Made by a program: the position numbers and the translations under genes
Notes under the pieces: generated by a model
Told to the model about the DNA's origin: nothing
The model's database searches: none
The model's input: only the letters and a program-made list of their open reading frames with translations
Assembly (NCBI GenBank): GCA_047967505.1
Contig: CM106538.1
Direction: 5' to 3' (one strand)
Length of the DNA stretch: 64,000 bases
Source of the DNA: Dipteris shenzhenensis
Taxonomy: Eukaryota
Shown: in pieces, positions 26,602-39,259 of the stretch
How positions within the stretch are numbered: position 1 is the first letter of the stretch
How the letters are laid out: every line of letters starts with the position of its first letter

Positions 26602-29600
26602 TAAGAGTGCTCTCAACGGAAGTAAGAACGGAAGAGGGAGAGAGAGATACAGAGAGCCACACAAGTTTTGGTGGGTGCAGAACCACCCTAATCTTCTTTT
26701 TCATTCATTTATATATGTGTTTGAGTATTGTACATAACCGGGGTAAAGGCACAGTGACCTTTAAACCCCACAACCTCCCACTTAAAGGACAATGTGCCTT
26801 TAAGGGAGAATAACCAGTGAGCATACTATCCAATGCCCATCAATACATGACAATACTCAAACCGCTGACTAGGTAGACTCTTCATCAGCATATCTGCAGG
26901 GTTATCATCTATATGAACCTTGACAAGCTCTATGCGCTTGTCCTCAAGTACCTCCCTGATGAAATGGTACCTGACCTCAATGTGTTTGGTCTTTGCATGA
27001 AAGACCGGATTCCGTGCTAGCTGAATAGCACTCATGGAATCACTATGCAATGTCAGTACACCTCTATGAATCCCCAAATCTCCCACTAGCCGATCAAGCC
27101 ATATAGCCTCCTTGCAACCCTCTGTGGCTACAACATACTCAGCCTCTGTGGTAGACAAAGCAACGCACTTCTGTGCGCGAGACATCCACGGCACTGCACC
27201 ACTTGCAAAGGTGAACACATAACCAAAAGTGGATCTCCTACTATCCACATGCCCTGCATAGTCTAAATCTGTGTACCCAAGTAAATGCATGTCTCCTCTA
27301 CCAAAGCAGGTGCACATCTCCTTGGTACCCTTCATGTACCTCATGATGCACTTAACTACCTCCCAATGCCTCTTTCCTGGATTAGCCATATACCGGCTAA
27401 CAACTCCCACTACAGATGCAATGTCTGGTCTAGTAGCTATCATAGCATACATAAGACTCCCAACTGCTGATGCATAAGGAACCTTGGCCATCATGGCCCT
27501 TTCCTCATCTGATTTGGGACTATCTGTATGACTCAATTTCACATATGGAGGCAATGGAGTACTCACTGCCTTCCCCCCCTCCATATTGAAATGTTATAAT
27601 ACTTTTGTAACATACTCCTTCTGTGAAAGCCAAAGGAGTTTCCTACTCCGATCACGCGTGATGCGCATACCAAGAATATGACCTGCAAGTCCCAAATCCT
27701 TCATATCAAAGGCCTCATGCAACTTGGCCTTTAATGCATCTAGCTCATAAGTATTCTTGCTATCCAATAGCATATCATCCACATATAGTGCCAGGATTAT
27801 CAGGCTATTATCCTTAGCCCTTTTATGTAGAGGCAGTGATCAATTTCACTCCTAAAACCCTGGGACCAAATGAAAGCATCAAACTTCTAATACCATTCTC
27901 TAGGTGCTTGCTTAAGACCATAGAGACTCTTCTTCAACTTGCAAACTAAATGTTCTTTGCCCTTTTCTTCAAAGCCTTCCAGCTGCACCATGTAAATTTC
28001 CTCATGCAGATCCCCATGCAAGAAAGCTGTCTTGACATCCATCTGCATAAGCTCCATATCCTCTGATTCCACTAGTCCAAGCATGCATCTAAGTGTGGTC
28101 ATCTTCACAACCGGAGAGAATATCTCATCAAAGTCCACACCCTTCTCTTGCTTGAACCCTTTAGCAACCAAACGGGCCTTGTACCTAGGCACATCATCAC
28201 TTGTGACCTTCATTTTGTAGACCCATTTACATGGCAACACTTTCTTTCCATGTGGCAAAGAAACCAAGTCCCAAGTCTTATTCTTCATAAGTGAACTCAT
28301 CTCTGATTGCATAGCATACTCCCACTTGCGTTGATCCTCAGGATCATAGCCTCTCTATAGCAAGAAGGCTCCCCGCAATCAGTAAGCATCACATAGTCTT
28401 CCCCTGGAACAAATCTATCAGGCGGTCTAGACACTCTAGATGATCTTCCCAAGGGCATTTCAGCTTGCTGTCCCACCTGCATATCAACCACATTTGGCTC
28501 ATCATTTCCACCAATAGATGATCCATCATCTACCCTTGATTGTATACCTGTGGGAGTACCTGGTGGTACCATTTCTTGCACATTTGGTGCATGGACAGCA
28601 TGCTGTCTATCAACATATGCAGGTGCGTTCACATCCTGGAAAGTGATTCTCCTCATTTTCACATCCCTCATAGGTGCCTTATGCATCTTCTTCTCATTGA
28701 AGACTACATCATGGCTGCGTATGATCTTCTTTGCTTTTGGATCCCAAAGACGATAGCCCATCTCTCCACTTTTACCATAACCCAGAAACATGCATTTCCT
28801 AGACTTAGGATCTAGCTTCTTTCGAAGCTCTTTTGGCACATGTGCATATGCCTCACACCCAAATATATGCAAATGAGAGTAAGAGGGCTTCTTGCCACTC
28901 CATGCCTCTTCAGGAATACCACCATCCAAACTCTTACTAGGTGATCTATTGATCACATGCACTGCAGTCTTCATTGCCTCAGCCCAAAAACCACCAGAAA
29001 GACTTGCATTGGAAAGCATGCATTGCAACCTTTCTTGAATGGTACGATTCATCTTTTCTGCAACTGGATTTTGCTTTAGAGTACGAGGGGATGTGAGCTC
29101 TCTCTTAATCCCACGTGTATCACAGAAATGCTGAAAGTCATGAGAGAGATACTCTCCACCATTGTCAGTTTGTGGGCATTTAAGCGTTCTACCTGACTGC
29201 AAGGCTAGCCATTTCTGAAATACTTGGAATACATCACTCTTCCAAGCTATAGCATAAGCCCACACTTTCCTAGTTGCATCATCAATGAATCACATAGTAT
29301 TCAGCCCCGCCTAATGATCGTGTAGGCATGGGACCACATATGTCTGAATGCACCAAATCAAGCTTTTCAAACTCTTTCTTTCCCCTTCTTTTATGAGCTG
29401 ATTTAGTCTGCTTCCCATAGAGACAGTGCTCACAAAATTCAAAATCAGAGAAACTCAAATGCGGTACATAACCCAAATGGCATAAGAGTTTCATTCCATT
29501 CAGGTTCATGTGCCCCAACTTGCAAGAGAGAATCACACCAAATACCAGGTGCACCCAAATGTGTATGCCACAATAGATTGAAATATCACCAAAACTCAAA

Positions 29601-30992
29601 GCTCAAAGCATCAAAAGATGCAGCTGACTCATGTGCATGTACTATGCATCCATATGAGCAAATCTGGCCCAAAAGAAAAATGCCAACTGCAATGGCAATC
29701 CAAAATGCCAATAAGTGCCAAATGGCTCAAGCATAAACACCATCCACGGGCATATGCATTACCAATATCTCATCCAAGAGAGCATAACACTATCAGTACA
29801 TCACCTGCAATGTGTCAAAGCTGTCCCTCAGCATAAAGTAGCATCCATGTGCAAAGCGTCCATAAAAAATAGCATCCACAAGGCAATCTGGGCCTATCAG
29901 CGCATCCAATAAGGATCGCAATGCATCCAAATGGCCTATAAATCATCCACTGCAACCCAATGCACACAACGAATGAGCGCACATGGCTCAAACTGCAACT
30001 AGAGTGATCTGCATAAGGTATGCTCAAGAAATCATGGTCCCAGGGAAAAGACCGCTACTAAAAATAGAACCTGAGATGCCTCAAAACATGGGTGCCATTG
30101 TATAATCGGACTCAGCAAGAAAATCTGCAAATATCTCTCTTTTGTCGAAACTCGAAAATCCCAACCGATGAGTGAGAAATGGGAGTCAACACTTATCCAC
30201 TGCCATGTGGCATAAATCTAAGGTTTCAAAACCTTAGAATGAAAAATGCATAATAGAGAGACGAAATCCAATACACAGAGATCTATAATTCTGAAAATAC
30301 TCCACAAATCGTGCAAGAACTAATAGGTAAGGGTTTTTGGGCGTCCGAAACGCAATGGGACAGATGGATTTGGAAACCGTGGTCTCAATCACTGGGTCCA
30401 ACACACGAACTGAAAAAACGTTTTTGGAAAGAGAGCTGTTTGTAAACTCCATCGGAGTACGAATGATGAGCAACATAGAAGTTTTAGGACTCCTGAGTCC
30501 ACCGGAACTGACAGATCTGCAAATGGTTACTCCAAACTTGAGTTCCAACACCTGGGTAGAAAAATGCAAAAACTGACACAGTGAGTCAAAAATCCAATGA
30601 AATGATCCCAGATTCAAGAATGAAGGTGTTTCCAAGCTCCTGAAGCAAAGTGGACACCAAAAGCAAGCAATAGTTGCCTCTACAAGTCAATACGGAGTCT
30701 CTCTCATCGAACGAAATAGGGAAAAGCTCAAAAAACGACTTTTTCTTTGAAAACACTTAACAGGCTCTCAAAACCACATCGCAAAGCCAAAGTGACTTTT
30801 CCAAAGGTTCCTCCAAGGTCTCTGCATACTCGGATGCAAGTAAAGTCACCCACAAAGCTTCCCACAGAGCTTCTCCTTCCTCCCACAGAGCTGCTAAGCT
30901 TCCAAGCATTCACACACACTCAGCTAGATCACCCGGGCTCTGATACCAGTTGAGAGTGCTCTAAATGGAAGCAAGAACAGAGAGGGAGAGAG
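26602..30992 (-). mobile_element. Ty1/copia LTR retrotransposon, degenerate: integrase-RT-RNase H present, gag/protease not seen, 5' LTR truncated
   Basis: 3' LTR 26602-26772 with adjacent PPT (TTAAGTGGGAGGT). PBS TGGTATCAGAGC at 30937-30948. A 5' LTR stub at 30951-30992 matches the start of 26602. Motifs: KLGHMN..CEHCLYGKQ, TDNGGEY, YKARLVAKGF, MDVKTAFLHG, VDDML, STTEAEY, KTKHIEVRYHF. Confidence 0.93.
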
Positions 30993-33900
30993 GTTCATGT
31001 GGGAGCATGCACCACCACAGGATATGGTCTTTCCCAAGCTTGTACACATGTCCAGCAATCAGTTTAAAGGGGACATCCTGAATGATCCGTTTCCTCTTTT
31101 GTGTTGGGGTTAGTCCTTTAGGAAATTCACCTGTGGACAAAAATTACACAATGTTTGCATACCATGGTGGAAAGGAGTCCACAACAAACAAGCAATCATC
31201 CTTTAGCACTATCACACCAAAGAGGCATGCATCCAGTAGTTCAATCCTCCACCTCGGTTGCTGCTTCACCCAAAGAGATCCATGACAAATGACCTATAGG
31301 TTGACAAAATCGGCTTGCTTGCACAAAAATGTCAAAGTTGAATTCTTGAAAAAGAAGTATCCATCTGCTTAATCTACCCCCAAGTGTGGGTTTGTTCAAC
31401 AAATTCTTGAGAGCTTGATGATCAATGATGATGATTACTACTCAAGAGGGAGTACCGGTACTTTGTCATGGCATAATCCATGCCCATTCCCTACGGATAG
31501 TGGTAGTATAGTTTCATTTTGCATCTTTGAATTGTCTATTGGCACAGTTTGTGCTCTGCATTCAGTTGGGCCAATATTGCACCAAAAACCAATCCATTGC
31601 ATCTACATGTACATGAAGAATGATATTCCATTGAGGTGCCATAGGATGGGTGCCTTCACTAAATAGTCCTTTAGATTTTTGAACACTAGTTACTGAGGTG
31701 TGGACCAAAGGAAGGATTGTTCCTAGTGGAGGATTTCTATCAATGCCACTGTTATGTCGGCATAGTGGTGGAGGATTGTCCCTTGTGGAGGAGTTTTGTT
31801 AATGTCGGCATAGCGGTGGAGGATTGTCCCTTATGGAGGAGTTTTGTCAATGCCACTGCTATGTCGGCATAGAACCAAAAGAATCTTAAAAAATAACCCA
31901 CATGTCCCAAAAAGGACTTGACTTTGTGGGATGTGTGAGGAATGGGCAAGGCTAGTATCACCTCCACCTTTGTGGGTCTATGCTCATACCCTCAGCCAAG
32001 ACAATGTGACCTAGGAGAACCCCTTGTGCTAGGAAAAGGATTTGTCAAGATTTACGCACAACCGGGCTTCTCTGCACTTGTCAAAAATCCATCTCAACTT
32101 ATTGATGTGATCAGTTTGTATAGTAGGGTCCATGTGAGAGGCATTCTTACCATTGAAAGCTGAGAAATCATCCAATAGTACCTCAAGAAACTTTCCAATA
32201 TTCTCTTGGAAGAGTTTGGTAACCAGGCATTGAAATGTTGATGGTGCATTGCAAAGACCAAAAGGCATCATCCTGTAGGCATATGTTCCCCATTGGGTGA
32301 CAAAGGTGGTATTTAACTAATCTTGCTCTTGAACCCAAACCTAGTTGTACCATGAAGGAGTATAGAGCATGACCAGCTACTATCTTCAACACCCTATTAG
32401 TGAAGGGAAGGGGAAACAATATCATCTTGTGGTGACATTTAAACTCTGATAGTCAATGCACACCCAGAGCTTGCCTGTCTCCCTTTTGGACATGATTACA
32501 ATTCCATTGACCCACTCAGAGTAGTCCACGGGCTTGTTCCATTTTCTGGATGTCAACTTGGACCTCCTTGCCATAGTTGGGATTCATGCGGTATGGGCCT
32601 TTGATCACTGGGTTTGCCTTCAGGTACAACTCGATACTATGCTCCACCATGAACTCAGCCACCACAACTCCCTTTAAATCTTTGTATGAACAAGCAAAGA
32701 CATCCACATGTTCTTGGGAAAAATCAGTTGAAGTAGCAAGAAGATACTCATGATCCAAGACCCAACTTGCTACCTTCTCAGTCCCGATGTTGAGGTACCA
32801 CCATTCTAATGCACTTGGGGAATACTTGTGGATGTGGGGTGGTTGGTCACCCCTTATCTCAACCCTACATGTGTAGGAGTGTCTTCGAGGGGAAAGTCCC
32901 TACTCACTTCCCTCAACCAAGTTGGAGGAAAGGATGCTGGAGTGATTTTTAGAAGTGGTTGAGATGTAGAAAGGGCATTAGAGGAGGACTTATTTTCACC
33001 TTTTTGTGCCTGCTTGAGCATTCCACGGTATGGTAAGCTTCCACCTCATACGTGGTTCTGGGTACATCTTCTATCATGGTGAGATATGCCTTAGAAAGGT
33101 ATAGGTCAAGCAAGGTGAGGTCCTTGACATCTTCTTCTTCAGGCACAAGGTGTGTTTGCCTCTTACTTGAGAGAGCTCTAAAGCCAGTGTGTATGTGAAC
33201 TACTACTCCTAGGCGCTCTTGTTGTTCATGATTCTGGCTATGTCCAACATCATACCTGAAAGTGCTCTGTGTCTTGGAGGAGGAAGTTCCCACATCGGCC
33301 TCTGGCAAACACTAGTCATGTTGTGGTCAGGCCTAGTCATGTTGTGGCCTAGCTTTGGTATCAGATTGATCAAAATAGTCATCCACCCATCTAGGACTCT
33401 CCAAGTCCTCAGCATCCTCTACCCATCCAATACTCTCCAGGTCCTCTATGTCCTCTATGTCCTTATCACTAGTCTCCATTGTACTATTACTATCCTAAGT
33501 CTACTCATCCCACAATGGTTGTAGAATGGCCCCCTTGGGGTTGGTGCGACCCATGTTGTGTGTTAACATTGGACCTACATCTAGAGGGTTGGTGCCACCC
33601 ATGTCGTGTGTCAACCTTGGACCTAGCTCTTGAGGGTTAGTGCCACCCATGTCATATGTCAACATTGGAACTACCTCTTGAGGATGGTTTCCGCCCATGT
33701 CATCTGTCAACATTGGGCCATCCCGCTCATTGGATCTAGTCACGCTGGTGATCTCAACATCACCCTCCCATATAGTTTTGGATTCTATCCTCCAATACAT
33801 GTGAGGATTGTTGTTGAGACCAAAGGGCATTGTGTGAGGTTCACCTAGAAAAAGGGTCAAAGATTTATTGGGTCTTACTGCTTCCTATACCCTCCCACAT

Positions 33901-34700
33901 AGAGGATAGTTGTCACAATCTAGAGAACTTATTTCTGCCATGTTAACAAACAAGGAGCCCAAGGCGCCCATCTAGTATAAGATAACAACTTCATTTTCAT
34001 CTGGGATATCATGATCTAGCAAGTAGGTCAAGATTTCGAAACCCTTCATGGCTTCTGATTCCTCTCCTCCATCTTGGTCATCTCTGATGGGGCAGTCCCC
34101 AAGAGCCCAATCCTCCTCTTCCACTCAGGCTACTCTTCAAAATCCTCTCCCCCTAGTTTAATGGGTCAGTTTCCCATAACCATATCTATTTCCAAGGATG
34201 TGGATCCTAAGGGCAACCAAACTTCATTGTTGACCAATCTTCATGGTCTACAAGGAGTAAAGGAGGTTTGTTCATCCTCAGACATATCTAAGATGAGAAA
34301 GTTGGACAAGAATGTCACACCGCCAATCTTCATGCTAATACCCTTGACTACTCCCATAGGCTTCACTCTGCGTTGATCAGCCATGCGAACTTAAAAATAG
34401 ACGTCAATTGTCAACTTCAAACTCAGACCTTTTGGCATGATGTTTATCTTCACTCCATTAATATCCACAATGAGCTTGGGACTTTGTTCACATGTGAGGG
34501 AAGCATAAGCCAAGTAGTGATCTCTTGGGTCCTGTCTCTGGTGTGGACCCGCCCTGAACAAGTCCCTTGTGTTGAAATCCTGGCATGTGGTTCATGAATG
34601 CGATGGTCTAGTCCTTGATTTGTGGAATCAACCAAAAAAGTTAACGTAGGGTAATGCTGGGTCTAAATTCCATCAAGTCTTGGATCAAGGAGTAGGGCTA
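30993..34700 (-). mobile_element. Ty3/gypsy pol remnant (protease, spacer, RT, RNase H, start of integrase), heavily degenerate
   Basis: RMADQRRVKPMGVVKGISMKIGGVTF (~34300-34390), DVFACSYKDLKGV..EHSIEL...PYRMNP, MPFGLCNAPSTFQ..LDDF, VKSFLGHVGYF. Confidence 0.85.
33541..33720 (-). repeat. In-frame 48-bp (16-aa) tandem repeat x4 in the protease-RT spacer
   Basis: Units of the form GPMLTxDMGGTNPQEV in ORF 33501..33860; period 48 (33541, 33589...). Confidence 0.85.
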
Positions 34701-35312
34701 GGCAAATGCCTTTTGTGACCTCATTCTCCTAGCTTCTGTCCAAGGGTCAAAGCTCATGTGAGGTGGAGGATGCAAATGTGAGAATGTCCAACTAGTGACT
34801 CATGTAATGGTTCTTCCATCACTTGTTTCTCTTTGTCTTGTGTCGTACCATGTCTCAATGGCCTTCCCTCCTCTATGTGAAGTGCCCTTCCTTGGAGAAG
34901 GTCTCGCTTGCTCCTCCTTATCCTTGTTCTATCCTTGTCACCTCCTTTGCGAACCTCACTGTTTTAAAATTTGGGAAAGGAAACTGAGGTGTGCTTCCCT
35001 TGTCCCCTAAACTAGATTGAAGATCTTTGATGACTAGCGTGCCACTCTCCTTTTCGTCACCATTGCTCTCATAGTCTACATTGGCATCAGTAATGCCTTT
35101 AGCACTATCATTTTCTACTTTGGCTGTAGTAGTACCTTCAACACCAGCACCATCTACATTGCCACTATATTCTTAATCATCAGGGCTTCTGGTTTCACCC
35201 ATGCCTTCATAGCCACATGGTCCTTTGGCATGAGTCTTATTACTCCTCAAGTGGGAGGACTTTTGGCTATAACTACTTTAGGTCTCGATTTGGGGAAAGG
35301 TGTTGCCTTAGC

Positions 35313-35598
35313 CATGGCAGCTCTAAGTTCCATGGAGAAAGGGAGACTTCTTGAAATCCTGAACAAACTCCATGTGAAAATGCAAAAGTTCAAGGGCCAC
35401 CTCCATGAAGATGTTGAAGCTCATGTCAAAAAGTTTCTCATAGCATGTAAGGCCAAATGGGAGGAGAATGAGCATGCTTTTCTTCACATCTTTCCTTCCT
35501 CTTTGGAGGATGTAGAAGACGTGTGGTATAGTCAGTTCCCTCCCGATCATTTCCAGAGACGTGGGCAGATCTGAGGAAAGAATTTCTATGGTCAAGTT
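35313..35598 (+). pseudogene. Ty3/gypsy gag N-terminal half, inverted relative to the surrounding gypsy element
   Basis: KMQKFKGHLHEDVEAHVKKFLIACKAK...FPSSLEDVEDVWYSQFPP, ending exactly at an LTR terminus (TGTTGG at 35599). Confidence 0.75.
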
Positions 35599-35736
35599 TG
35601 TTGGAAATCACAATGAATATGCAATCCTCTCTCTTGTGAGATCCACTCCTCACCATATACAAAGAAAGAAATACTTGATAAACTATTACGTAACATGATC
35701 AAATGTTGAGATAGAGCCCACAATTAACGTCTATCA
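35599..35736 (-). repeat. Inverted ~138-bp LTR of the copia element at 36670-38933
   Basis: Reverse complement TGATAGACGTTAATTGTGGGCTCTATC...GATTTCCAACA matches 37192-37331. Confidence 0.85.
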
Positions 35737-35739
35737 ATG

Positions 35740-36660
35740 GGGTCGTCGAGGTGGTTTTTGAGGAGGCTGGGGAGGCACTCGTAGAGGAACCAACCTTTGA
35801 AGACCTATCATGTGCTATCGATGTGGAGAGTACGGCCACTACCAAGATGATTGTACAGAGTCATTTGGAGGACCCTCTTGTATACGGTGCAACAAAAAAG
35901 ATCACTACAATAGAGATTTCCCCAATGGTTGGTAGAGGTGAACCAGCATCCCAAGTCAACATGGTTGATGTGGTAAGGATGTATAATAGGTCTTGGGATA
36001 AAAGTATGGGGCTCCAATCTGACTAGCTATAGAAGCTTGAGGCAAAAGGGGATTGGGTAGTAGGGGAGGTGGAATAGTAGGAGGAGGGTTAAGTGGCTTT
36101 GATGCTTTTAAGGGAGTAGGGATGACAGGTACAAGGCCATAAGTGGCCTGTGTGGCTCGTTGAACTGCAGCAACTAGAGGCTCACTACTAGAATATTTAG
36201 GTAGAAGCTTCTTCAACCCCTTGAAATAGTGACACTCAAAGGCATCCTATCCATGAATTTCACAAAAGGTGCAAAAGGAGGAGGAAGTGGGTACCTTAAG
36301 TTTCAAGGGGAATTCCTAGTGACCATGACCTGCCCCTTTGCATTCGGTGCACCACAGTCCACTTCTGACCTAAGTCTGAAAGGATGAGGGACCCTTCCCC
36401 CTTGTTCTTTCTTTAAGTCCTTCTTTGATCTACTCCAACTCTTTATTGAGATTCTCCCACTTTGATGAGCCCTCCTCTCTTGTGCAATTGGAAGTTTGAA
36501 GGTGTGATGGTGCAAAAATCAATACACGGACCATTCCATCTTCACGGCCTCCCTCAGGAACTCTTGTAAGGGGGCATGCTCAAGGAGTTTTTCCACAAGC
36601 TTGATAGCAACGGAAGGGGGCAAGGATGCCATTAGGCAAGGCCTTCAAGAACCATCCTTT
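35740..36660 (-). pseudogene. Ty3/gypsy gag C-terminal half with degenerate zinc knuckles
   Basis: GWFLKALPNG...LQEFLREAVKMEW, LWCTECKGAGH, FCTFCEIHG*DAFECH. Confidence 0.65.
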
Positions 36661-36669
36661 AATAACAAC

Positions 36670-38933
36670 ATTGGGGCTCTATCTTGACATTTGATTGTGC
36701 TACGTGATAGTTTATTGAGTGTTTCTTTCTTTGTATATGTGAGGAGTGAATCTCACAAGAGAGAGGATTGCATATTCATTCTAATTTCCAATAGTTGGTA
36801 TCAAAGCATAGTTTTGAGGATCCAAATAAAAGTAAAAGGCAGATTTCATGAGAAAAATTAAAAAATATAGCTCTATCAGTCTTAACATTGATGGTCATGT
36901 GCTTGCGTGGAAGAATAAGAAGTTAAGGAGTAAAGTATGTCGACACTCCAAAACTTTGTTCGTTGCATGGAGGTAGTGATTGGATGGTGGTGTTCCTTGG
37001 CTACTACAAAGGTCTTCACATAAATTAGTTAGGTCCTTTTGTCATGATCATGAGCTTTAGAGCCGTGAAGTCAAGGTCTAATAGATCAATGATTGTTGTG
37101 CAGCTGCTCATAAGAAAACTAGGGTTGATAGTCGCGTCTTTTGCTTGTAATAATCCAAAAAACTTAGTCAAGTTGAGGCATAGATTATGAATGATAATAG
37201 ACGTTAATTGTGGGCTCTATCTTGACATCTGATCGTTTTACATGATAGCTTATTGAGTGTTTCTTTCTTTGTATATGTGAGGAGTGGATCTCACAAGAGA
37301 GAGGATTGCATATTCATTCCGATTTCCAAAATTTGGTATCAGAGCATGGTTTTGAGGATCCAGAGAAAAATAATCATGAGCAAAATTAAAAAATATAACT
37401 TTGTCAGTCTTAACCTCGATGGTCGTGTGCTAGCGTGGAAGAGTAAGAAGTTAAGGAGCAAAGTACATCGACACTCCAAAACTTTGTTAGAAGTATTGGC
37501 TACTGTGTGTTCTCAATTGTTTGTGCATGATAGATTAAAGACAATGTCATGGAGTCGCTAAAGAAGACAGAGACATAAATTGTTAAGTTTAACATGAATT
37601 TTGCAAGCTGGTAGCTATCTACTAAATTATGGTTTATACAGAAAGGTTTGGAGGGAGTTGCGGCTGGTACAAAGGAGCCGACTACCAGGAAATTAGGGAG
37701 AAGAGTATGGAGGAAAGAAAACAATAGGGCTATTGGAATGATGGGACGAGCCCTAGGAGTAGAGTATTTTCATCATCTTGAGATCACAACGTCAATAGCT
37801 GTGGACTGGGCGATCCTTGAAGCCTGGTTCTGGGTTAAGATGCGTCATTCAAAGGCAAATATGAAGCAATAGTTGTATGATCTTTGTATGAATGACAATG
37901 AAGATTTGGCAACCTTTTTAAACCACATGCAAGCATTACTGAATAAACTTCTAGACCTTGGCTCCAAAATCAAGGATGAGGATCAAAAAGCTATATTTTT
38001 GAAGAGTCTTCCTTCTAGATTCTATGAGACTGCATGTATCCTCAGGTTGTATGATGAACTAGAATACATCGATTGCGTGGGGTTGCTTATGAGTGAGGAG
38101 AAGCGGGAGGGGAGTTTCTTTCCTGGTGATGCTGCATATATTGTTAAGGATAGAAAGAATATGATTAGAGGAAACGTGCATGCTACTACTACGGTAAACC
38201 AAGGCACATTGAGAGATTTTGTGCCAAGAAGTAGACTCGAAGCAGAAAGACGAGGAGGCAAGAAAGGAAAAACATAAGGCATGCATAGCCAAGGAGACAA
38301 CGCTAGAGGAGATGGTCGGTTTAGTGAGTGATGACGTGCTCGACTAGGGCGTCTGATTTTTTGATGGTTTTGAGGCTTGGCTACGATGCCAAACACTAAG
38401 CTTTGATTCTTGGAAGAGTCTATGTGATTGAGCTACAATGCTCAAGAGTTTTTTGTGTGGACTATGATGTCCTTTGTTTCATGAAGCTATGAGGCTTTAA
38501 TTTTGTTTGAATGATTTAGTTGTAATGGCGACAAGTCTGGTAGGAATGAGCCAATTTTTGTTGAGATTTATTATTGACTTCCTATTGGATCAAGGGAGGA
38601 TGTTAGAGAGGTGATCCTCCTAGGAGTGGTAGCAAGACTAAGGTGAGACAGTTGCTCAATGGTTGGTTGGTGCTTGTTGGTCGACACTTGGTCATTGGAA
38701 CATGCAAGAGATCACATATGATTAGAGGGTTGAGCATGTTGTGGACACTTGGCAGTTCTAGAGAAAGAACTAGATGTTGCATGGAGACAGTGATCAGATG
38801 GCAGTGTTCCTTGGTGACTACAAAGGTCTTCACAAGCTTTTTTCGTTGTGATCACAAGCTTTAGAGCCATGAAGTTGAGGTCTAGTAGATAGTACATTGT
38901 TGTGCATCAGCTCATCATAAAAGGGGAGGGTGA
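36670..38933 (+). mobile_element. Gag-only (non-autonomous) copia-type element in tandem form: LTR-PBS-mini internal-LTR-PBS-gag-PPT
   Basis: LTRs at ~36670-36793 and 37192-37331 are each followed by a PBS (36796, 37334). Copia gag at ~37544-38277 reads LYDLCMNDNEDLATFLNHMQALLNKLLDLGSKIKDEDQKAIFLKSLPSRF plus a knuckle remnant. PPT AAAAGGGGAGGG at 38919-38930. No pol motifs. Confidence 0.85.
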
Positions 38934-39259
38934 CACACCCATTCGATCAGTGCAGTGTTGGGAGCTGTGACAAGGTCACAAACAAGAAAAGGCAATTGTA
39001 TAGATGATAGGCCTCATCATCGACTAATATCAACTATGTCCCTCGCAATGCATGCCCTCTGAAGTCACCCCCTCCCTCTAGGATAAAGTCACCCCCTCCC
39101 TCCACAGTGGAAAGTGGGCCAAGGAATACATCTCCCTTGTCCTAAACGAATCGCGAAGTCCCCACAGCCCTCCAAGCCTGTCACTAGTTCTAAAAGTGGC
39201 CCGCCTTTGATCAATCTATTCCTTCAAGATACGAGGCGATGGTTAAGAGACCCAAAAAT

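Noticed and set aside
29618-30953. Short ORFs between copia PBS and integrase as possible gag
   Set aside because: No copia gag, zinc-knuckle or DSG protease motifs were found in the provided ORFs.
31724-31872. Local 48-59 bp duplications inside gypsy RT/RNase H linker
   Set aside because: Post-insertion slippage in a dead element.
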